From NCBI GenBank assembly GCA_031275825.1, contig JAISOH010000059.1, positions 1 through 50,693 on the forward strand: a stretch of 50,693 bases of DNA. Reading direction: 5' to 3'. Under the pieces are notes generated by a model. It saw only the letters and a program-made list of their open reading frames with translations, was not told the origin of the DNA and did no database searches. The number at the start of each line of letters is the position of its first letter. Position 1 is the first letter of the stretch. Positions 18,060 to 25,394 of this stretch are shown piece by piece. The translations under genes and the position numbers were made by a program. Source of the DNA: Prevotellaceae bacterium (GTDB lineage: Bacteria > Bacteroidota > Bacteroidia > Bacteroidales > UBA932).

Positions 18060-18179
18060 AACTTTGAAATTTTAATTTATTAAACATTTTATTAATTTTA
18101 TAAAAGCAATTTTCATCGCTCTTATTGATAGCGAAGTAAGTAATTAAATCTTTACAATCTATCAGATGTGTTCAACTAT

Positions 18180-18231
18180 CTAATAAGTGACAGATTTGAA
18201 CTAATAAGTGATAGACTTTTACAAATAAGTG
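18180..18231 (-). promoter_or_regulatory. three direct repeats at an exact 21-bp period upstream of the mini-ORFs
   Basis: On the plus strand: CTAATAAGTG at 18180-18189, CTAATAAGTG at 18201-18210 and CAAATAAGTG at 18222-18231. They lie 120-170 bp upstream of the B2 ATG. Confidence 0.6.
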
Positions 18232-18235
18232 TTTT

Positions 18236-18585
18236 TTATATCAGTTCAACAAAATGTTTTTTGAACTCTATCCACTTTCTGTCAGATACTTTCAGTTTTA
18301 TATTATTTGTGAGTAATATTTCCTTTTTTCTATTGTTAACTTGCTGTATGTATCTGGCATTAACCAAAGTATTATGATGTATTCTAATGAAACCATAAGT
18401 TGCAAGTTCGTTTTCAAAAGATTTTAAAAGTTTTGAACAAGTAATCCTGTCTTCTTTATCAATATATATATATCGCACAGGTAACAATCAGATATTATAT
18501 ACGTTATATTTATTGCCATAAGTTGACGAGTAATGCCGCCTGTTGTAACAACAATAGATTTTGTATTTTGTAAATCATAGTTCAT
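18236..18585 (-). pseudogene. standalone LytTR-domain DNA-binding protein, frame broken at an (AT)6 tract
   Basis: The upstream frame from ATG 18585 reads MNYDLQNTKSIVVTTGGITRQLMAINITYIISDCYLCDIYI.... The track ORF (18236-18487) reads ...YIDKEDRITCSKLLKSFENELATYGFIRIHHNTLVNARYIQQV..., which is LytTR-like (FxRxHxS/TxxVN). Deleting one AT from (AT)6 at 18462-18473 fuses them into a 115-aa protein. Confidence 0.7.
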
Positions 18586-18657
18586 TTTTACTTATTTTTA
18601 CAATTAAAAATCGTAAAGTCTTATTTGTTTGTTCGCAGTTACAGAAAAAACTTTTTT

Positions 18658-18744
18658 TACAAAGGTAAAAACATGTTTTTCAAAAAAACACTTTTTGGCG
18701 TAAATAAAATTTCACACTGTGTATAATTTTATTTCACACTTTCG
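18658..18744 (-). promoter_or_regulatory. conserved promoter cassette, copy 2 (upstream of the LytTR gene)
   Basis: ATTTCACACT at 18709-18718 and 18731-18740, palindrome at 18669-18678, and the -7 box CAAAGGTA (plus strand) at 18660-18667. Confidence 0.7.
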
Positions 18745-18992
18745 GCATAACCGCTTGCCATTGAATATTCTATGCTCGTTCCTTTGCCATTAGTGCCTAT
18801 ATCAAATTCCATTAAGTTATCATTAGCGATTACAATTCTACAAGTAAAATAATCACCATCTTGTATAAATTTTTCGGATACAAATATACCAAGTTCACTC
18901 AGTATAGAACGAATTTTGTTTATAGTAATTACCGGCTTTTCTTCTTTATACGGTTTTAACATCTTATTCATACCATTATATTTTAAATCCAT
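18729..18992 (-). pseudogene. YcaO N-terminal stub (about 85 codons), truncated at the junction with promoter cassette copy 2
   Basis: It reads ...INKIRSILSELGIF...DIGTNGKGTSIEYSMASGYAE and then runs into cassette sequence (SVK*). The DNA around 18743-18810 closely matches YcaO A at 5940-6000. Confidence 0.8.
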
Positions 18993-18994
18993 TT

Positions 18995-21409
18995 TTATAA
19001 TCTTTGTTTTTCATCTGCGTTTGAAGGCAAAGATATTTGTGGCGTTTTGTTATACCAGTTGCCGAGCCTCCACGACAATGTTAATCTAAACATTCGCGTG
19101 TCATTATAATTTCGGTAAATTTGTTTAACACCGCCACTTATGTAAGTATATTCAGGATTTGCTGTTTTTAAAATGTCGCCGACCAAAAACCTCGCTTCAA
19201 ATCCCTTTTTACTGTTTGTGTAATTAAATCCAATATCTATTTTGAAAAAATTATTCATCGATCTGTAATTATATAAACCGGGAAATCTTTCTTCTAAATT
19301 GCAAACTATCTGAAATTTTTTGTTAATGCGAAATGTGTTATTTGCTATAACTGTGCTACTTATACCGTACATATCCGCAAACTCTTTTTTATTTGGATGA
19401 TATTCGGAATAATTGAAATTGCCCTGTAAAACTGTTTCCAGCCAATTAAACAGTTTTAAAAATTTATAGATACTGATTCCATAAATATTCACATTAAAAA
19501 AGTTGTCTGTTTGCTGTATCTGTTCCAAAATATTGAGAGAATCAAGAACTACATACTGTCCTGTTTTATCATCTTGACGAGTGTAATATATTTTTGTACT
19601 GAATGTATGATTAAGCACATAAGTTAATTCCAGATTTTTGATATACGATGGTTTTAAAAAAGGATTTCCCACACCATAACTGTATTTGTTGATGTACCAT
19701 TTAAAAGGGTCCAAGTATTGATATGGAGGTCTTTCTATTCTGCTGGCATAACTGAGTGAAATACTGCTTTTGTTATTCAGTTTATGAGAAATATAAATTG
19801 ACAGAAAAAAATCCGTATAATTATTTTTATACTGTTCATTCGTAATCAGAGAATTGCCGACGGTTTGAGTCATTTCTGAACGTATTCCTGCTTTGAAAGA
19901 CCATTTTGGAATGGTTTTTTCCATACTGTAATACACTGATTGCACTTCTTCGGTGTACTTGTATTTATTTGACTGGGAAGGATCTAATATATTGATATGG
20001 TCAACAAAGTTAAATAATTCATTATCAGAGGAAGTTTTAATAAATGACAGTTTAAGACCTGCATTAACCGTACAGTTAAACAGAGAAAAAACGAAGTCTA
20101 TTTTTGGAGTTAAAATATTATAATTCTGGCCTCCTTTTGTATAATAATTATCAGTTGTTGAATTTACACTGTTTATTTGCGTTAAGGAAGAAAAGTCTCT
20201 TCTTTTTTCAGTGTGATTATTGAGATAAGCCATACTTGCCGTAAAGTATGATTCCCTGTTCGGAAACAAATGCTTAAAAAACACTTCGGAATTGAATGTG
20301 TAATTATTTGTTATCATTGTTCCAGTAGAATACATAATTGAATCTGTCTGATTATTGGCAGAATTAACAAAAGAGGTTTGGTTTTCTATATCGATCATTG
20401 TTTCTTTGTTATGTAACGGTATTTGAAAATCAACAATAATATTTGAGTTTTTATTGAAATTATATCCTAATTTTACCTCTGCATCAGAAATATTAAAACG
20501 CCATTTTCTTGGATTAAATGTGCTTATTGTTTCATCGGGAAAATAATCGTAAAAATTAATTTGATTTAAGACTAATGAATTCCAATTGTTTATATTACCC
20601 TCGAAAAATATTTTTTCTCCGGTATAATTTACTAATGCAGAAACCATGTAAGATGAGTAAGTAGCTTGAACATAACCCGCTCTAAAGTATTCTTTCCAGC
20701 CCGGAAGAATATTTTTTTTAGTTACTATTTTAATAATTCCCGGATTACCTTCAGCATCGTATTGAGCAGGAGGCGAGGTTATTATTTCTACACTGCTTAT
20801 AATATCAGGTGGAAAAGAGTTAAGGTAGTTTAATAAAGACTGTCCTTCCAATCGTACAATTCTATCGTTAATATACACAATAACAGATGATTTGCCGAAG
20901 ATATTCATACTTTGGTCAGTGATATTTACAGTTGGTAACTGCTTCAAAATATCAGTGATTTCTTTACCTTTAGTTTCTACGTTTCCGCTAATGTTTACCA
21001 CAAGTCTGTCGGATTTAGCCTCAATTAATTCTTTTTGTCCAATTATTGTCGCCTCAGAAATAATAAGCGGATCAGGCTGTAAAACAAAATCGATTATGGT
21101 GTCATTTTTCAAAGCGAATTTATTGGAAACCGCAGAATAGCCTAAAATATTTACTAACAACTCACAATCGCCTGTTTTTGTCGTCTCTAAATAATAATTT
21201 CCCATAGAATCGCTTAATGCGTATTGATGATAAACAGATTCAAATAACAGTTGAATACTGGCAAATTCAACAGGCTCGCCATTTGAGTTTTTTATATTTC
21301 CTTTGATAATGAACGTTTGAGAGCGCAACTCATTCACTCCTGATGCAAATATTATAACAAGCAGTAACTTAAACAGTTTGAACATAATATGATTAGTTTT
21401 TCCATTCAT
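18995..21409 (-). CDS. outer-membrane beta-barrel family protein (CarboxypepD_reg-like N-domain); module C
   Basis: 804 aa. The likely true start is MFKLFKLLLVIIF at 21385. It has an N-terminal GNIKNSNGEPVEFASIQL...DSMGNY segment and a beta-strand-rich remainder. Confidence 0.8.
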   Translation of the reverse strand: MNGKTNHIMFKLFKLLLVIIFASGVNELRSQTFIIKGNIKNSNGEPVEFASIQLLFESVYHQYALSDSMGNYYLETTKTGDCELLVNILGYSAVSNKFALKNDTIIDFVLQPDPLIISEATIIGQKELIEAKSDRLVVNISGNVETKGKEITDILKQLPTVNITDQSMNIFGKSSVIVYINDRIVRLEGQSLLNYLNSFPPDIISSVEIITSPPAQYDAEGNPGIIKIVTKKNILPGWKEYFRAGYVQATYSSYMVSALVNYTGEKIFFEGNINNWNSLVLNQINFYDYFPDETISTFNPRKWRFNISDAEVKLGYNFNKNSNIIVDFQIPLHNKETMIDIENQTSFVNSANNQTDSIMYSTGTMITNNYTFNSEVFFKHLFPNRESYFTASMAYLNNHTEKRRDFSSLTQINSVNSTTDNYYTKGGQNYNILTPKIDFVFSLFNCTVNAGLKLSFIKTSSDNELFNFVDHINILDPSQSNKYKYTEEVQSVYYSMEKTIPKWSFKAGIRSEMTQTVGNSLITNEQYKNNYTDFFLSIYISHKLNNKSSISLSYASRIERPPYQYLDPFKWYINKYSYGVGNPFLKPSYIKNLELTYVLNHTFSTKIYYTRQDDKTGQYVVLDSLNILEQIQQTDNFFNVNIYGISIYKFLKLFNWLETVLQGNFNYSEYHPNKKEFADMYGISSTVIANNTFRINKKFQIVCNLEERFPGLYNYRSMNNFFKIDIGFNYTNSKKGFEARFLVGDILKTANPEYTYISGGVKQIYRNYNDTRMFRLTLSWRLGNWYNKTPQISLPSNADEKQRL

Positions 21410-22703
21410 GAAAATTAATATTATTGCCGCTAATTATAACAGGATGCAATTGAATGTACAATTTAATCATTGCACTCCAATAAATATTGTAAGTTTTACA
21501 CAGATATTCGGATGGTTCTTCTGTGTTTTTGTTTTCCAACCATTTTATTGCAAAACAAGAGCCGGAACATAAATATTTCATCCAGCAAACTTTGCACGTT
21601 GGATAATTATCTACCGGCTTGGCATAATAATTATTCTTGAGTATTTTCTCATAATCAATTCCTGTGTAGATATTACCGACAGATAAATCTATAGAACTGG
21701 AATGATAGGAACAGGGAAATATGTTTCCATCAATATCTATAAAATAACCTTCTTTTGATGCTACACATCCATTTTTATTAACCGCACCATAATGAATTCT
21801 TTTTAAGTCATTTATTATTTTAGTTGAGTATATTTTGTGATTGTCTTCAATCAATTTTCTGTAATTGTCAATAACTGTATCCAGTTGTTCTTCAAAAGTT
21901 TTAAGATCTTCGGTATTTGGTGAAAAATGATTGTCAAATGAATTTGTAGCGATAGTGAAAATAAAATGAATTTTGTTTTGTTCAAAAAATAAAAATGTTT
22001 CGACAAGATTTTTATTATCAGGGAGAACAACAGTTTTACATGAGAATTTAATATTATTTTCTTTTAACAAATTCATGTTATGAAATACATCTTTAAAACT
22101 TCCCTTACCATTATGATATATGCGAGATTCATCGTTAATTTTTTCATTACCATCCACACTTATATATATTGTAAACTTATTCAATTTGAAAAATTCAATC
22201 ATTTCATTTGTTAATATTGTTCCATTTGCAGTTAAATCAAAATCACATTTATTAAATCCATTTTTTTTGCACAGATAAGGTATTTGTTTTAATAAATTAA
22301 AATTTAAAGCAGGTTCTCCATACCCTGTAAAATAGAAAGTAATATGATTATTTTTTACATTCTTTAGAAACTTTAATATATCTAAAAACTTTTCTGTATT
22401 TAGTAGTTTTAGTGACTTTTTAGATGCAGAAACATAGCAATATGTGCAATCCAAAGTACAACCATGCGCTATATCAATTCCAATAGTATTGATGATTTTA
22501 CCGTCCATAAAATCATTTTCTATATTTGCTCTTTCATTTTTATCTATGGTTGCATTGGATTTTTCTTTTTCAGTTTTTATTTCCTGCAATACATTTTCAA
22601 TATTTTCACCTTGCTGTATTTTGCAAATTTCAAAATCTTCAACGCAAAATATGTATCCTGAATTATCAACATTAAACTGTTTATATGCCAAGTTCATTTT
22701 CAT
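21393..22703 (-). CDS. radical SAM / SPASM-domain peptide maturase (module C, intact)
   Basis: 436 aa. It has CTLDCTYC (CX3CX2C), GYGEPAL, and the C-terminal Cys-rich SPASM-like stretches GCVASKEG...FPCSY...CKVCWMKYLCSGSC. An extension of about 75 aa precedes the SAM cluster. Confidence 0.88.
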   Translation of the reverse strand: MKMNLAYKQFNVDNSGYIFCVEDFEICKIQQGENIENVLQEIKTEKEKSNATIDKNERANIENDFMDGKIINTIGIDIAHGCTLDCTYCYVSASKKSLKLLNTEKFLDILKFLKNVKNNHITFYFTGYGEPALNFNLLKQIPYLCKKNGFNKCDFDLTANGTILTNEMIEFFKLNKFTIYISVDGNEKINDESRIYHNGKGSFKDVFHNMNLLKENNIKFSCKTVVLPDNKNLVETFLFFEQNKIHFIFTIATNSFDNHFSPNTEDLKTFEEQLDTVIDNYRKLIEDNHKIYSTKIINDLKRIHYGAVNKNGCVASKEGYFIDIDGNIFPCSYHSSSIDLSVGNIYTGIDYEKILKNNYYAKPVDNYPTCKVCWMKYLCSGSCFAIKWLENKNTEEPSEYLCKTYNIYWSAMIKLYIQLHPVIISGNNINFHEWKN

Positions 22704-22777
22704 TCAATAAATTATAATTTATTTAAAATATTGTAAAACAAAATTACTACTTATTTAATACAAAACAATTAAAGAAA

Positions 22778-22830
22778 GTTTCCTCAAAAAATCAACTTAA
22801 TTAAAGATAGGTTTAATTTATTGAGGAAAC
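22778..22830 (-). promoter_or_regulatory. stem-loop between precursor C and its maturase gene
   Basis: Perfect 10-bp inverted repeat: GTTTCCTCAA (22778-22787) pairs with TTGAGGAAAC (22821-22830), with a 33-nt loop. Confidence 0.45.
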
Positions 22831-22881
22831 AATAATGATATTACATCATTCATTTAGTTAACTTATTATTGTCAACCATCA

Positions 22882-23067
22882 TTAATGATTATAACCAGGG
22901 TAACAAGCAGCGTAACAAGCATTATCAGTGTTTCCATCTAATAGTATGTCGCCTAAGTTCTCTCCCTTTCCTCCTCCTTTAAGTTTTTTTAGCATCTCGC
23001 CATTTAACGAAAAGTACTTGATTTCATTTAATTTGGTGCTTTGTACCTTTTTTGATACTTTTTTCAT
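22882..23067 (-). CDS. GG-leader precursor peptide C
   Basis: 61 aa. The leader is MKKVSKKVQSTKLNEIKYFSLNGEMLKKLKGG and the core is GKGENLGDILLDGNTDNACYAACYPGYNH. It is the first gene behind cassette copy 3. Confidence 0.75.
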   Translation of the reverse strand: MKKVSKKVQSTKLNEIKYFSLNGEMLKKLKGGGKGENLGDILLDGNTDNACYAACYPGYNH

Positions 23068-23091
23068 ATTAATAAAATTTTTTAATTTTTG

Positions 23092-23230
23092 GCTAATTTT
23101 CAGGCATAGCCTTTTTCCTTTTTTATTTTTTCACAAAGGTACAAACATGTTTTTCAAAAAAAATGCTTTTTGGCGTAAATAAAATTTCACACTATGTATA
23201 ATTTTATTTCACACTTTTACGTAAGCGTTT
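23092..23230 (-). promoter_or_regulatory. conserved promoter cassette, copy 3
   Basis: ATTTCACACT at 23184-23193 and 23206-23215, palindrome at 23143-23152, and the -7 box at 23134-23141. Confidence 0.7.
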
Positions 23231-23235
23231 ATTAT

Positions 23236-23505
23236 TCAGTTGAATATATCATAATAAGCATACAAGTCAGAAAATTCGGAATCTTCGGGAAATTTTTCTT
23301 TTTCCTTAAAATGTTTAAAGAAATTATAATCCAATACCTTTGATATTTGCAGCAGCAATGCAGTATCAATGCTCGAACGCTTAAAAATATCATAAACATT
23401 TTCGCGTGTTTTATTGATTAGCCTTGCAAATTCGGTAACAGTAAGAGAACTTTGATTTACCTTTTGCCGTATAAGGTTGCCTATGTGAACTTCATTTTTT
23501 TTCAT
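23236..23505 (-). CDS. small XRE-type helix-turn-helix protein
   Basis: 89 aa. LTVTEFARLINKTRENVYDIFKRSSID is an HTH-like stretch. The gene heads the whole minus-strand locus. Confidence 0.7.
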   Translation of the reverse strand: MKKNEVHIGNLIRQKVNQSSLTVTEFARLINKTRENVYDIFKRSSIDTALLLQISKVLDYNFFKHFKEKEKFPEDSEFSDLYAYYDIFN

Positions 23506-24010
23506 TTTTATTTTTTAAAATTCTGCTTTTGAATACTGCTTTCATTTATTTAAGATGTTTCCACGCATCTCGTGTCAATTTATTTATATCGTTGATAATA
23601 TGCCAATTATCCGATATTTTTTGTGCTGTTTCGCTTTATGGTAATACGGCTTTATTTGTTGCCATAAAAATTTAATTTTACATATTGCAAATTTAACAAT
23701 TTTATTTTAATATTTCCAAATTTTCAGGTAAAAATATTTTATTTCAATGCACTGCTTGAGATTTTAATTAAATTTGTTACGCAGTCGCTCCTTGCGAATA
23801 AAAATAAGCAAAAGATAAGATGTTAAAATTTCCGGTCAGTAATATATCATTGCCGGTTTTTATTCGTAAGGAACAGTTAAATAATAATACCGACATGTTT
23901 TACGTTTAATTTTGATAATTATTTTCAAATAATTGTTGTTGTAATATAAAATTTCATTAACTTTGCAGCCCAAAAATCGAAGTAAGGTTTTTTAATAAAC
24001 CATACAAGTA

Positions 24011-24084
24011 GGCGCGGTAGCTCAGCTGGTTAGAGCGCATGATTCATAATCATGAGGTCTCCGGTTCAATCCCGGATCGCGCTA
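24011..24084 (+). tRNA. tRNA with CAT anticodon (elongator Met, or Ile2 if lysidinylated)
   Basis: It folds as GGCGCGG TA GCTC AGCTGGTTA GAGC G CATGA TTCATAA TCATG AGGTC TCCGG TTCAATC CCGGA TCGCGCT A. It is not initiator-like: there is no C1-A72 mismatch and no GGG/CCC anticodon stem. Confidence 0.85.
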
Positions 24085-24103
24085 CTGCTCAATTCCCAAC
24101 TAC

Positions 24104-24140
24104 AAAGCGGCTTTCAAAAGATTGCCGCTTTTTGGTTTTT
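24104..24140 (+). terminator. hairpin plus T-run after the tRNA
   Basis: AAAGCGGC (24104-24111) pairs with GCCGCTTT (24124-24131), followed by TTGGTTTTT. Confidence 0.5.
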
Positions 24141-24291
24141 CCGAAGTTACGGCTAAATTTAACCGATATTTCGGACGTTTTTCACAATATTTTTACGACA
24201 AAACCGCAAAATCACTTGGCGAACTGTCATCTTTGACAAATGTAAATTTATCAGGATTAGACCCGGGCAGGTAAAGCAAGTAAAACAGGCA

Positions 24292-24763
24292 ATGGCGGAT
24301 TTTACCGATAAAATACAGGATGTGAAAAACGAGATAAAAGGACTTGATACAGGACGGTTTGCAGCAAACTTGGCAGAAGAAATATGGGCTATAGCAACAA
24401 GTTTTAGCATATTAGCCAATGGATTAAAGATTCTCGGCGTTGAAGAAAGCATATTGGGTGACTTGCAAAAGAAATCACCGAACTTATTACCACAGTTCAG
24501 GCTTTGGGTGTTGCAACCGAATACCTGTCGAAAAAAATGCAGTTAATAGCGGCAAATATTAAGAATATATCCACAACTATACAAAAAACTGTTCAGAAGA
24601 AATTACTGGCAAGCCTTCAACGGATGCAGTTGTGCATGCGGCAGATAACTTTGGCATATCCGGCAGACAGGATATTTTTACGCCCGCAATAAAAGAATTT
24701 AGTAATAATGTGGCTAATGGAGTTGCAAGTACATACGCTAAAGAAATAATATCAAATTTATGA
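24292..24763 (+). pseudogene. degenerate ORF spread over three frames (possible mobile-element or prophage remnant)
   Basis: Three successive pieces in different frames read through one another: MADFTDKIQDVKNEIKGL...GDLQKK, then ...LGVATEYLSKKMQLIAANIKN..., then ...GISGRQDIFTPAIKEFSNNVANGVASTYAKEIISNL*. GC is higher than the surroundings. Confidence 0.3.
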
Positions 24764-24928
24764 ATATGGTAATAACTATTTAGATTTCTTAAATGGTCGT
24801 ATAAAAAACTCAATAAACGCACCTAATTATCCAAATTATTGTCAATGCTGCAATAAATTTTCCATATCATAATATTTTAATTAACGTACAAAATTACAAA
24901 AATAAATTAAATAACAAATAAAAAAATT

Positions 24929-25249
24929 ATGGCAGACACAGAAAAAACCGTACTGGTAAAAGCGGATATAATAACAAACTTTGTAAGCACAAAAAAAGAA
25001 CTTGACAACGTAAAAAAAGGTTACGATGATTTAAGCGAACTGCTTGAAAAAATAGCGGCAGAACAGGAAAAAAACTCCGAAGCCTACAAAAAGACAAACG
25101 CTCAACTTGCCGCACAAGCCATCAAACTTGCCAATGCAAACAACGAATACAAACTTTTTCAAAAAATCAAATTATTCGAACATTTTGCAAAGGTACCATA
25201 CTCTAAAATTAAATTTGTGATATACCGAAATGTTGATTATCTTTGCTGA
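24929..25249 (+). CDS. hypothetical coiled-coil protein or fragment
   Basis: 106-aa ORF. It starts MADTEK..., like the neighbouring degenerate ORF, and is Lys/Glu/Ala-rich. No motif is recognisable. Confidence 0.25.
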   Translation: MADTEKTVLVKADIITNFVSTKKELDNVKKGYDDLSELLEKIAAEQEKNSEAYKKTNAQLAAQAIKLANANNEYKLFQKIKLFEHFAKVPYSKIKFVIYRNVDYLC

Positions 25250-25394
25250 AAAAATTATAAAAATAAATGCCAATTACGAAATTCAATGTGTTTAATTCTC
25301 TGTTTTTCAAAGTTGTAACAGTCATTTGTTTGTAATTTTAAAATATGAAAATACAGTTTGTAATCAATAACAGTAATAAGTAGAAACGTAAATT

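Noticed and set aside
23506-24010. 500-bp AT-rich intergenic region, including a 16-bp imperfect inverted repeat (about 23789-23805 and 23858-23873)
   Set aside because: There are mismatches in the arms, a long spacer and no second copy or recognisable motif. It cannot be distinguished from chance in AT-rich DNA.
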